Below are positions 12,231-25,049 of a stretch of DNA of 64,000 nucleotides, one piece after another. Both the position numbers and the translations under genes were made by a program. Positions within the stretch are counted from its first letter, which is position 1; each line of letters opens with the position of its first letter. Source of the DNA: Dendrobates tinctorius (lineage: Eukaryota); assembly GCF_039654945.1 (NCBI RefSeq), contig NW_027361754.1, forward strand, positions 27,218,001-27,282,000. Reading direction: 5' to 3'. The notes below the pieces were generated by a model. The model was not told the DNA's origin. It did no database searches and was given only the letters and a program-made list of their open reading frames with translations.

Positions 12231-13319
12231 TCGTGATGAAATAGAAGAGTGCTGAGCTCGTGTTCTTAAGCCAAAAGTGCTGAACTGATCAGAACAGACC
12301 ATCACTAAAGGTTGTGATCTTTCAATTTCGTGGTCATTGAAGGTCAACTTTGGGTTTAAGTAGAATGAGGTGCTGAAATAATGTAACCGTGAGTCAAAGG
12401 AAGGCGTTTCCAGGACTCGTTGGTGCCATTTTCTATGTTCCTTGCTCTCAAAAGCTTTGTGGAACAGCTGATTTGCTGACTCAAAAAGCCAATTTTGCAA
12501 AAAAATTGTTAGAAAGGTCTATTTGATGTGATGTCGTCCATTGTATGAGAAATACAGGGAAATATTTTGAAGGTTCAGAATTCAAGAAGCAAATTGAAAT
12601 TGAGAACATACACTAAATGGGTTTTCTGATTCTGGAAAATCTCTGACCCTTGGCTATGCTTTATTCTATGGAAACAAATTGTACTTTACTCACCCTTCCC
12701 TGGTCCAGCGCTGAAAAAAAGCAAGAAAAAAGGCTGCAAAGGAGTGCCTCTATGGAGGGAGGAGGGGAAGAAAAACCAACAAAACACTTATACTAAAATC
12801 GATGTCTTGAATGTGTACAACGCTGTTAGAGCTCAATCAGCCTGCTGCTAAGAGCATGTTTCCATGGTCAGGAAACGCTGCGGATTGGACGCTGCATACA
12901 GCCGCAGCGTCCAGATGTTACAGTATAGTGGGGAGGATTTTATGAAATCCCATCTCCACTATGCGTTTAAAGATGCAGGTGGCAGACCTGCATATATGCA
13001 CATGCGGCGCGTCTATATAAACCGCAGCATGTCTATTTATCGTGTGGAGACGCTCAGTCTCCGCAAGATAAATATCACAGTCTATGTATAGGACCGGGTC
13101 CGGACATCCTAATCAGGTGCTGTATTGTAAGACAGCTTAAAAATCAAACAAAAAAAGGAGCACCAACCGAAGAGCGTAGTGAGTCCACACGGGGAGATGG
13201 GGAGTTGAAGAATTGAAGCTCTACTTACTTCAAAGGGGGGAGAAAAATTTCTATTCCTATCCGATAGAAATCTCCCTGCTCTTGCTATCTGCGATCTGAT
13301 TTTTTATTCCAGAGAATGT

Positions 13320-14855
13320 ATGCACTGAGGAGTATATGGTGCACAAAATACTGTATGGAGTTGTTTGTGGTTACCATAATACTATATGGAGGACTATATG
13401 GTGCAAATAATACTGTATGGAGGACTATGTGGTGCAAATAATACTGTATGGAGGACTATATGATGCTTATAATGCTGTACGGAGGACTATGTGGTGCCAA
13501 TAATTCCGTATTAAGGACTATGTGGTGCACATAATACTGTGCGGAGGACTATGTGGTGCTCATAATGCTGTGCGGATGACTATGTGGTGCCCTTAATACT
13601 GTATGGAGAACTATTTGTTGCCTATAATACTGTATGGATAACTATGTGGTGCCAAATTATACAGTATGGAGGATTATGTGATGTCCGTAATACTGTGTGG
13701 ACAACTATGTGGTGCGCATAATACTGTATGGAGGACTATGTGGTGCCCATAACACTGTATGGAGGACTATAAGGTGCACAAAATACTGTTTAGAGGTCTT
13801 TGTGGTTACCATAATACTGTATGGAGGACTTTGTGGTGTCCATAATACTGCATGGAGAACCATATGTTACCAATTATACAGTATGGAGGACTATGTGGTG
13901 GCAATAATGCTGCATGGAGGACTGTGGTGTCCATAGTACTGTATGGAGGACCATGTGGAGCCTTTAATTCTCTATGCAGGACTATGTGGTACCCATTATA
14001 TTTTTTGGAGGACTATGTGGTGCCCATAATACTGTATGAGTGACTATGTGGTGCACATAATACTGTGTGGAGGACTATGTGGTGTTCATAATACTGTGTG
14101 GAGGACTATATGGTGCACAAAATACTGTTAGGAGGTCTTTGTGGTTACCATAATACTGTATGGAGGACTATGTGGTGCCCATAATACTGTATGGAGGACC
14201 ATGTGGAGCCTTTAATTCAGTATACATGACTATGTGGTGCCCATAATATTGTTTGGAGGACTATGGGGTGCACATAATACTTTTTTGAGGACTATATGGT
14301 TCCCATAATTCTGTGTTGAAGACCATGAGTTGAACATAATACTGTATGGAGGAATATGAGGTGCACATATTACTGCATGGAGGAGTCTGTGGTGCCCATA
14401 ATTCTGTATGGAGGACTATGTGGTGCCCATAATAATGTACAGAGGACTATGTGATGCTCATAATGCTGTACGGAGCACTATGTGGTGCCCATAATACTAT
14501 ATGGAGAACTATTTGGTGCACATGATACTGTATGGACGACTATGTGGTGCCCATAATACTGTATGGAGGACTATGTGGTGCCCATAATACTGTACGGAGG
14601 ACTATGTGGTGCCCATAATACTGTATGGAGGACTATGTGGTGCCCATAATACTGTATGGAGGACTATCTGGAGCCCATAATACTGTATAGACAACTATAT
14701 GGTGCACATAATACTGTATGGAGGGCTATGTGATACCCATAATTCTGTATGGAGGACTATATGGTGCACAAAATACTGTTTAGAGATCTTTGTGGATACC
14801 ATAATACTGTATGGAAAACTATATGGTGCCCATAATACTGTATGGAGAACTATAT
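13320..14855. repeat. Minisatellite (~31 bp unit, ACTGTATGGAGGACTATGTGGTGCCCATAAT)
   Basis: Clear tandem array with near-perfect units at 14540-14680. Confidence 0.92.
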
Positions 14856-16006
14856 TGTTTGGTTTCTGAGCTATTGCATAATTTATAATAGATATCACTC
14901 ATGTAATTTAAGAAGTGAAATCTTTGGCATTGTACTATACCTATATTTCTCTGCCGTATCTGGGTATTATGAATTGTGGTATTTGTTAAAGGGCCCCATT
15001 GAGACTCTTTCATCTGGGGCCCACGAAAACCTGGAGCCGGCCGTGCCCTTATAGACGGCTTAGCAAGGGTGAGCCTACTGACGGATTTCCTTTAATTAGT
15101 AGGATAGATGCATAGTACTGGACAGATATACACAAAAAAGTTAAAAGTGACACAAAGATGCCCGGTCATAGCACCTTTCACTTCCCAATGCATGAAATCC
15201 CTGCAGGCAATCTAACAATTTTCCTAGTACAATCTAGTAAACGGAAGCTGAATTCTGGATATTTTGGGCAGCAAAACTTATCTCAGGTATGATTGCCCAT
15301 GGAAGTTTGATGAACACATTGGCCACCATGTAATGCTTGATTTTCCCCGTGGTGACGCTTGTTGTCTTGATTCTTCTTCGATCAGTGTGTTAGCACAAAA
15401 TGACTGTCCAAACCAAGCACAGTCATTGCTTCCCACCTTCATGTTTTCCATTTTTCTCCATCCTTAATTGGCTCCTGAAAAGCCAGAACTGTTAATCAAG
15501 TAAGAGGACAATGGAGATAAAAAAAAATAACGGACGCAGGATTCTTATAATTCTCCAATCTATTGAAATCCAAATAGTTATTGACATAGAGTAATATTAA
15601 AGCATGGAGCAGGTTGTGTAGGTGGCTTTTAGTAAGGTCTACATGTAATATTGTTCACCTGCTAAGTGCAAAAAAAAAATGATGTGTTGTCAATTGTGAA
15701 TAGAATTGCTCTTTACCCTGCTCAGGTTCACTTCTTCCAACTAGTTGTACTTTTACCTGTAATCGGCAGCCGCCCGTCCTATCATCACCTCCCTCACATA
15801 TTATTGATTTTGTATATTCATTGCTATCATGAACACATACACATCACAAAAAAACTGCTATTGTTTCATTTAGGCACAACCCTGCAGCAGATTACCAGAC
15901 TGTCTTTATGTCTTTGTATATTTGATTCCGACTATATTCTTAGATATACTGTTTATTTGGAGAGATTTTCCTCCTTTTGGGGTCAAGTTGTCTTTTAAAA
16001 AAAAAC

Positions 16007-16010
<4 letters not shown>

Positions 16011-16048
<38 letters not shown>
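16011..16048. repeat. (TA)n microsatellite at the Tc1 insertion site
   Basis: 19 TA units directly abutting the Tc1-type terminus. Confidence 0.95.
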
Positions 16049-16051
<3 letters not shown>

Positions 16052-16870
16052 TGCTCAAAAAAATAAAGGGAACTCTCAAATAACACATCCTAGATCTAAA
16101 TGAATGAAATATTCTCATTGAATACTTTGTTCTGTACAAAGCTGAATGTGCTGTCAACATAGTCACACAAAAATCATCAATGGAAATCAAATTTTTGAAC
16201 CAATGGAGGCCTGGATTTGGAGAGACCCCCAAAATGAAAGTGGAAACAAGTCAAAATGAAAATAAAAACAATACAAAATTAAAGTGAAAACAAGTCAAAA
16301 TGATGCACAGTATTGTGTGTGGCCTCCATGTGGCTGTATGACCTCCCTACATAGCCTGGGCATGCTCCTGATGCGGTTGCGGATGTTCTCCTGAGGGATC
16401 TCCTCCCAGACCTGGACTAAAGTATCCGTCAACTCCTGGACAGTCTATGGTGCAACGTGACGTTGGTGGATGGAGCGAGACATGCTGTCCCAGATGTGCT
16501 CAATCGGATTCAGGTCTGGGGAACAGGCAGGCCAGTCCATAGCTTCAATGCCTTCATCTTGCAGGAACTGCTGACACACTCCAGCCACATGAGGTCTGGT
16601 ATTGTCCTGCATTAGGAGGAACCCAGGGCCAACCGCACCAGCATATGGTCTCTCAAGGGATCTGAAGATCTCATCTCGGGACCTAATGGCAGTCAGGCTA
16701 CCTCTGGCGAGCACATGGAGGGCTGTGTGGCCCTCCAAAGAAATGCCACCCCACACCATTACTGACCCACTGCCAAACCGGTCATGCTGAAGGATATTGC
16801 AGGCAGCTGATCGCTCTCCACGGCGTCTCCAGGCTGTCACGTCTGTCACATGTGCTGAGTATGAACCTGA
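16049..16870 (-). mobile_element. Tc1/mariner transposon remnant (3' half of DD34E transposase)
   Basis: Motifs GSVMVWGGI, LMQDNTRPH and WPACSPDLNPIEHIW. Terminus CACTGCTCAAAAAAATAAAGGGAAC follows TA. Confidence 0.9.
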
Positions 16871-18271
16871 TGATTCTGTTCTGGTCTCAGATCGGCTGGT
16901 ACTGACTTAGCTTCCTGCCAGCCTGCTCTATCAGCCACTTCATGGACCAAAATCAGGAGCTCCTGTGTAAGTTCAGATCCCTGTATAGAGAATAGACATC
17001 ATATTTCAATAGTGGTGTGGAATAAGTGACCGCAGCTTTTGTCCCAAACGCCATAGTCACTGTTTCTGTCACTTCATTCACTGAAATTAGATATCATCAG
17101 TGGGTGATAACAGAAGCAGGGTGAGTGACAGCAGTGCTGCCCCACAGCTTCTGTTACCGGTCAAACTAAAACTAATCATCATCATTGCATAATGTGTAAG
17201 GGGGTGAGATATAATGTCCTTCTTGCTTCCCTTCCTCTGATTGCCCTTTGATTGTTAATGTTTACACATTGCTAATTGATAATGTATATGTCGAATGCTT
17301 GCATTACTGCTACATAGAAATATGTATTATTACTCATCTTTTATGGTATTGCCACATGTATATATGCTACCATTCTGTAGAGAACTGTAATATATTGTTT
17401 TATGTTCCTTTAGTATAGTATTGTATAATGTAATGTGATTGATGTTCATGTACAGTTAGGGTAAGTCAGTGCATCTTTTTGGGGAACATTAGAGGAGGAC
17501 ACTTTAGTATATTGTTCCTATAGATAAGGGTAAGTGTAATTCTGTTGTGGGCCACTTGATGGGGGCATATTAGTGGGCCTTATAGGCATAGCTGATAGAA
17601 TGTTTATAGAGGGTTAATTGTAGGAGGGGCTGCTGGGTAGTAAGAGGAAAGCTTGTAGGAAGTCAGACGAGCCAGAGTTCCCTAGTGTCCACATGGGCTA
17701 TAGGCCCGGACAGCTTGGCAACCATTCAACGTTCAAGCGCTGCAGCCCACGTTACCCACGGCCACTATGTCTTATAGCAGTGCGCCAGAACAGGAAAGGA
17801 AAGATGTGGTGACTTATCGCCTGGGCAGATGCTTTTAGGGCAGGAGTCGGTTAGGCTGATGAGATGAAGGAAGTTGCAGCTTCAATGAGATCAGTACAGA
17901 TGGGCCGGATGCTTTACCAGAGGCAACCAAACCTTGTGACTGATGATTTTGAGTCTGGGGTGAAACAGGCAGAAGGAATTGTCATCATGGCGAGGTCAGG
18001 CCAGGAAGGAACTGGGGAGCAGTCTAGAACAATCCGGTCTGGGCGTGTATTGCACAGAAGCGACAGCCAGAATGGGAAAGATGAGGAAACCAGTAATTGA
18101 CAAGCTGTGCCAACTGTTGATGTAACATTTAAAGTACTCAGTAAACAAAGTGTTAAAGTTAACTTGCACTGTGTCTCCATTACTGGGGGTCGCCTGAAAG
18201 AGGGACTGTCTTCGCCTGGGAAGTGCCCATAGGAAGTTGAATCAGGAGATGCAGGTATGTTGAAGAGAAGA

Positions 18272-18804
18272 TGATATACATAGAGAAAACAGAGCAGAGA
18301 AACACCATCCAATAAAATAATTATATTTTATTAATTCAAATAATTTTGAAAATATAAAAGATGTACATAGCAATATTAAGGCTTTTACAATAAAAAGGAA
18401 AGGAGGAATACTACGGCCAATACAGGGGTACACATGGTGATAGTGCGACCAAGAGTTATACAATATGCATATCGGTAATACAGTACAACAGGATAAATCC
18501 CAAGCAAAGTATCCATACAGAAACATGAGCAAATATAAACAACATTGTCCGGAACAATAACAAATCAGTGTGCCCATCTGCATCAAAATAAATATCATCT
18601 GTATTGGCCGTAGTATTCCTCCTTTCCTTTTTATTGTAAAAGCCTTAATCTCTGCTCCGTTTTCTCTATGTATATCATTCTATTGGGAGCATTTCCATTT
18701 TTTTCATTTGTTGTTAGGCATTATGCCCTATTCTTTGGAGTGAAGTTATTTCTTCAGCATTTACTATAGTTAATTTATGCTTATTTTGACTTATTTTTGT
18801 TTTC
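18272..18804. mobile_element. Fold-back insertion in the 5' LTR with ~15-bp TSD (Penelope-like or twin-primed retroposon)
   Basis: Absent from the 3' LTR. ATGTTGAAGAGAAGA is duplicated at 18257-18271 and 18805-18819. Internal inverted repeats at 18271-18300/18649-18678 and 18375-18425/18599-18649. Confidence 0.6.
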
Positions 18805-19983
18805 ATGTTGAAGAGAAGAGTACAGTTTTCTGTAGGGGAAGGACTGGACATAGATATTGCGGATATTCAGGTCATGACTACAGTCCTGTCCCTCCCTTAC
18901 ATTTGGTGTAGTTGGCAGGATGCGACCACCTCGCAATGTGGAGAACTCGCAGAAAGAAATGATGATGAAAATGTGTGTGCGACTGCTGTGCCCTTGGAAG
19001 ATGACCGGCAGAAAGAGTAAGTAGTTGTTATAACTGAAGAAGAAATTGTGCAAGAAACACTGGATTTGCCTACTACCAACTTTATGACCACACTGGACTT
19101 GACTACTGAATTGAACTTGACTGACTGGAGAAGAAAAGCTAAAACCTCTACTGTGACCAAGATAGCAGCGTTGAGAATGGTAGGAGATGGTGAAGAAACA
19201 AACAACAATGAAAACCGCGTCCTTCGTGGGCATTGCCGCCACATCTTGGCACCGAAACCTGCCTGTCAGTATGCCCTGGTCCTGGGTGCAGCTGAAGAAG
19301 AGAAAACCTCTCCCCCTTCCACTGACCAACAACGGATGGGTGGAGCAGCTGGAGGCTGACCCCCTGGAAAGAGGTGGGACCCAGAAGAAAAGTCCAAGTG
19401 CAGCTGCGGTGGCCTAGGCCACATGGAAAGGAGATGGTGACAGACGGAAGGCAAAAGAACCCGGCCCGCCATACAGTGGACAGAAATCGGAGAGCACCCC
19501 ACTTGCAAGCACCTGAAGAGTCTTCAGCTGCCAGAGTCTACAGCGTCCCGAGGACCAAAGCCCTTGCGTCTGGAGTCGGTGCCCCGACATCCTCTGCAGC
19601 AGGAACAATCAGTGGAGCCATCCTCTCAACGTTCTCTGGAGGCTGAATCATCGGGGCAACATCAGGCAGCGGAACTCTGCAGACCGGAACCTTTGTTGTT
19701 AGTTCAGCAGAGACCGGAACTCACGTCCACCCTGGAGGAACCGTTCCCGGAAAGCGAGGATGAGCCGGAGCTCTATCTACCAGCCGACTGTGCGGGTATC
19801 CCCACGGAAGGATCCAGCTTTCCCGGGATAGCCACGGTCTACGTTCTTGCGTCTGAGCAGGTGAGTGCACCTAGGCGCGTGACCCCGGAAAGCTGGCTCA
19901 GGCCCCGATCTTTCACCCCAGATGCCCGGCCTGTCATGCGGTCTCCCATCTCAGGTAGTGAGCTCCTGCATAGCATTACTATG

Positions 19984-20858
19984 TGTCATGAACTCATTTT
20001 CTGCTCCACCAGTTGAGAGTTCCCCTTCCGTTCACCCTCTGGTGGTGACAGGAGGTAGTGCTGTTGGTTTAAGTGGTAGTGATCTGCCACCTGATGAGGA
20101 ATATAACGATTGGATCTCTGGAGTATCAGACTGGATATAAGACAGCCGACGCCCTATCCGGGTGCTGGTGATTGAGTCTGCTTCTCAGGTCCTGGACTTC
20201 AGCTCTCTTCTAGTCTTCTCAAGTTAAGATTGTTTTTTGCTAATGTTCACACTTGCGCTTGTTGGTCAATTCAGTTTGTTGTGTATTCAGCCTGACCCTG
20301 CTGGGGCTATGCTGAATTTCCACTCCTATTAATCAGTATTTGCCAATCTGCTTTTTGTTCCTTATTAGATTGGCTTCTTTTTTGCTCTGTCTCAGAATAT
20401 TTCAGAGTGCTGATATAGGTTTTGAAGTCTAGTGACTTCAGCGTTAATTTTGCTATGAGAAGTGTTGGACAATATTTTTGTAGGTTGTTTTTGGCAGATT
20501 GCAGACAGTGTCTTTCCTTTTCTGTCCTTTTTAGTTAGCCGGGCCCCATCGTTTGCTCAGCCTATTTTCCTGCCTTTGTTTGTATTTTCATCTTGCTTCA
20601 CCGTCAATACATGTGGGGGGCTGTCTTTCCTTTGGGGTCTGCTCTGGGGCAGTTAGTTTTCCTCTTTTCCTGCTTTAGGCTTATGTAGTTCTCCAGTTGT
20701 GACGAGGCGTCTAGGACCAACGTAGGAACGCTCCACGACTGCTTCTAGTTGTGCGGTTAAGATCAGTGATCTGCAATCTGCATAGTTACCAACTTCTCTG
20801 GTTTTCTGAGACTTAGCTTGTTGTCTTGTTTTTCCTCCTCGGTTTCCCATTCATAGCA
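19984..20858 (+). mobile_element. Solo LTR (family A) with 6-bp TSD ACTATG
   Basis: TG...CA termini. Homologous to the LTRs at 59533 and 63098. ACTATG at 19978-19983 and 20859-20864. Confidence 0.85.
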
Positions 20859-21666
20859 ACTATGCCTCTTGGCCAGTCCACAGCTCACCAGTTTCGGAAG
20901 GCATCGTTAGCCCCCTGTTCCCCAGTCGATGAACGGCTGGATTTTGCCCCTCTCCTGACGTTGTGGCGGGAGGGGGACACAACACCTGTGGCTGCAGGGT
21001 CGTCTGCTAAAGCACGGGCATGGGGCCTGATGTCAACTGGAGTGGCACGGGTCACGTGCGGATGAACTGTTGTAAATACTGCTTAAAGGACGTTGTGCTT
21101 GTTGCACCATGAAACCATGAAAAATAACGGGACTGTTCCACGTCCCTGTAAGCACTGTAGCCCCCCTGGAAGAAATTCTCCCCCCACTCACGGTAAGCGG
21201 GAGTAATTCGGTCTTTGACGATGCTGAAGATGAAACGTCCGCGTCAGTTAAGTGTTTCGGTATGTGATTTCGGCTTAGAGAATTGCGAGCTAAGCAGAAT
21301 ATATAGAGCCTATGGACTTTTTTTTTTATTGCGCCTGTTGCACCCATTCTGCTGGAACAAGGAGAGACTGTCTTCCTAACCGGGGAGACCCCTGGAAAGA
21401 CTGTACTCCCCTCAAGGGAAGGGGGAGCACCTCTCCTAGAATTGCTTCCTCACTTGTGGAAGGTGTAAGTAAGATCTTTAAATCCTGGAGGACTGGGAAC
21501 CAGGAATGTTGCCTTTGTGTAATGAACTGCGGTGAGAACCAGATACGGTTTACGTTATGCCAAGTGACTTGCGGTTTTTACGGTTAAAAAGAAAGTTTTT
21601 TAAAAATGTTTTTTGTATCATGCCTTGGTCGAAGATGACCAAGTTCAAGGAAAGGAGGAATGTAAG

Positions 21667-24600
21667 TGTAGCATCCGCGGCAGTGCCTGGTCGCGTGTCC
21701 TCGTCGGCAGCACCAGCTGCCACCGCCCCCATCAGCGTCCTCGCCACAGCGCGCGCTCTTACCCTGCCTCTTGCTCTGCTACTTCTCTGCGCCCTCTCCT
21801 TAGGCCGCAGGCTTGAACAATATCACGGTTAAGAATCGATACCCGCTCCCGCTGATCCTGGAACTATTCGACCGGCTGAGAGGGGCTCGGATCTTCACGA
21901 AGCTGGATCTGCGGGGAGCCTATAATTTGATCCGGATCCGCGCAGGGGATGAGTGGAAGACGGCCTTCAATACCCGTGACGGTCATTATGAGTATTTAGT
22001 CATGCCGTTTGGTCTCTGCAATGCTCCAGCCGTGTTCCAGGAGTTCGTTAACGAGGTATTTCGGGATCTATTATACTCGTGCGTAGTGGTGTACCTAGAT
22101 GATATTCTTATCTTTTCACCCGACCTATCCTCTCATCGGAAAAGTGTACGCATGGTCCTGCACCGTCTCCGAGAGAATCACCTCTACGCCAAAATCGAAA
22201 AGTGTCTCTTCGAACAAACCTCGCTACCCTTCTTGGGGTATATAATCACTGACTCCGGCCTAAGGATGGATCCCGAGAAACTCTCTGCGGTGCTCAAGTG
22301 GCCCCGCCCTGTCGGTATAAAGGCCATCCAGCGTTTCCTCGGGTTCGCAAATTACTACCGACAGTTCGTACCACATTTTTCCACGGTGACCAAACCCATA
22401 GCGGCCCTGACCCGTAAAGGAACTAAACCAAACAGCTGGCCCCCCGAGGCTGAGGACGCCTTTCTGGCGCTGAAACGCGCCTTTGCCTCAGCACCAGTCT
22501 TGCATCGGCCGGTAGCCAGTAGGCCTTTTGTTGTAGAAGTGGACGCCTCTTCCACCGGAGCTGGGGCAGTTCTCTCCCAGCCGGGCTCCTCGGGTCAACT
22601 GGTTCCCTGCGGGTTCTTCTCCAGGTCCTTCTCGCCTGCGGAGAACAATTACTCCATTGGAGACAGGGAATTGCTGGCCATTAAGATGGCCCTAGAAGAA
22701 TGGCGGTATTTGCTCGAGGGGGCGGTGCATCCCTTTTCTATCTTCACGGACCATAAAAATTTGGCCTATTTACAGTCCGCTCAGAGGCTCAATTTCAGAC
22801 AGGCCAGATGGGCCTTGTATTTTTCGCGGTTTGATTTCAAGCTTCACTTCCGGCCCAGTGATAAGAACATCAAGGCGGATGCACTCTCCAGGTCCTTACA
22901 GTCGCCAGAGGAGGACGAGGGTCCATCTTATATTATCAAGCCTGCCAAAGTGATCACTGTGGCTCCTGTGAACTTTTCTACTCCTCCACCAGGCAAGACC
23001 TTTCGTTCCTCGGAATAAGCGTCTGGAGGTGCTGCGCTGGGGGCATTCTTCCAAGGTCGCTGGGCACGTGGGGACCAAGAAGACCCTCTTACTTCTCTCC
23101 CGTTATTACTGGTGGGCCACCCTCCGCCAAGACGTTATGGATTATGTTGCCTCCTGCACAACCTGTGCTCAGAACAAGGTCCCAAGGACCCTTCCCTCCG
23201 GTCTTCTCCACCCATTGCCCGTTCCGGAGGTCCCGTGGCAGCAAATTGCTATGGATTTCGTAACTGACTTGCCTCTGTCAGCTGGTTGCACCACCATCTT
23301 AGTCGTAGCGGACCGGTTCTCCAAGATGGCTCATTTTGTCCCCCTGGCCGGTTTGCCGTCAGCTCCGAAGTTGGCCGAGATCTTCATCCACCAGATCTTC
23401 AGGTTACATGGCCTCCCTCTACGGATTGTGTCGGACCGTGGGGTCCAATTTACGTCTCGCTTTTGGAGGGCCCTCTGTCGGCTTATGGGTACATCCATCG
23501 ACTTCTCCTCTGCTTATCATCCACAGACCAACGGGCAAGTGGAACGGATAAATCAGGGCCTGACCACCTACCTGCGTCACTTTGCCAACGCTCATCAGGA
23601 CAACTGGGTCTCACTTCTACCTTGGGCAGAATTTGCCCACAACAACCATCCCAGTGAGTCGACCACCAAATCTCCGTTCTTTGTGGTCTCTGGTCGCAAT
23701 CCGGGTGTTCCGCTGCCCTTTGCCGTGTCATCTGGAGTTCCCGCAGCGGATGCTCTCGCCATGGAATTTTCTGAGATTTGGAAGGAGACCAAAGACGCTC
23801 TCGTGAAGGCCAATGCCCGAATCAAGAAACACGCAGACAAGAGATGGAGGGACCTTCCCCTGTACCATCCTGGCGACAAGGTATGGCTCTCGACCAAGCA
23901 CATCCGCCTGAAAGTTCCTTCCTATAAGTTAAGTCCTCGTTACATCGGTCCCTTCGTGGTACTAAAACGCATCAATGACGTGGCTTATAAATTGAGATTG
24001 CCGGCTTCACTCCGAGTTGCCAACGCCTTTCATGTCTCGCTCCTGAAACCTGTAGTTCTGAATCGGTTCCAACCAGCCTCCATTACCCCTCCTTCACCTA
24101 TTGGGTCTGATGACATCTTTGAAATAAGGGACATTTTAGCCATGAAAAGGGTCAGGGGGAGGTCCCTTTTTCTTATTGATTGGAAGGGGTTTGGCCCTGA
24201 GGAGAGGTCTTGGGAGACTCGAGAAAATATCAACGCTCCCCTAATACTAAAAAGATTTCTAGCCAATCTCAAAAAGGGGGGATGTAAAGGGGGGGTACTG
24301 TAGCATCCGCGGCAGTGCCTGGTCGCGTGTCCTCATTGGCAGCACCAGCTGCCACCGCCCCCCATCAGCGTCCTCGCCACAGCGCGTGCTCTTACCCTGC
24401 CTCTTGCTCTAGTACTTCTCTGCGCCCTCTCCTTAGGCCGCGGGCGCGCGCCAGCATTCCTTCTTCTGCCGGCGGTGGGCGGCGCTGAGGGCTGGGCGTA
24501 CCTCCCACTTCCGGACCCTAAGGTATTTCAGGCGTCCTCACTGTAGAGAGGACGCCTGAGGATTGTGTGATACTCCACGCTCTGTTCTGGCCCCACTGTT

Positions 24601-25049
24601 TTGCTAAAGCTTTATGTTAGCTTCCTCTCCTTCTCCCTGGCTGTCTCTGCCCTGTCCTTCCTTCTCCTCGCCCCTTCCTCCTGGTCCCTTGGGTCTCGGC
24701 CCTTCTGTATTCTGTCCCGGTGTCTCCCTTCTGGGTCCTCTTAGTCTGTAACCCCTTGGCTCCCGCACCCTCTCCTGTGCTTCCCCTCTAGTAGCTGCTA
24801 CCTGGCTGCTTCCTCCTATATCCTGGCTCTGGTTCTCTGGATCCCCGTCCGGTGCCCTTGCCCTGTAGCACCCCGTGTCCCCGAGCCGCCCCTCCTGGTA
24901 CCGGCTGTCGCGGTTCTGTCCTCTGCGGTGTTGCCCCTAACGATCCCTGTATAGGGGTCGGTCATCACCTGGCGCGCTCGACCCAGGGGCTCCAGATCCG
25001 CAACCCAGAGGGTCCACTCTCGGACTTTGTCCATCCCCTGACCGTTACA
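21667..25049 (+). mobile_element. Gypsy chromovirus with internal deletion (truncated 5' LTR fused to RT; intact 3' LTR 24299-25049), TSD GTAAG
   Basis: The 5' LTR fragment 21667-~21808 matches 24299 onward. PPT GGGGGGGTAC precedes the 3' LTR. GTAAG at 21662-21666 and 25050-25054. Confidence 0.92.
21813..24303 (+). pseudogene. Gypsy pol fragment: RT, RNase H, integrase and chromodomain, with one +1 frameshift near 23003
   Basis: RT motifs KLDLRGAYN, MPFGLCNAPA and YLDDIL. RNase H motifs VDAS, RELLAI and TDHKNL. Integrase GH..C..C, MDFV, SDRG and QTNGQVER, then GPF. C-terminal chromodomain FEIRDIL..FLIDWKGFGPEERSWE. Confidence 0.93.

Noticed and set aside
13320-14855. Regular ~31-41 bp repeats here and at 35600-35905 and 45858-46383 as possible CRISPR arrays
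   Set aside because: They are head-to-tail repeats without unique spacers, there are no cas genes, and the context is vertebrate.
20030-20140. Similar acidic peptides (..DWISGVSDWI) in several family A LTRs as a possible conserved micro-ORF
   Set aside because: They share no start codon and overlap CCAAT- and TATA-like promoter motifs, so DNA-level LTR homology explains them.
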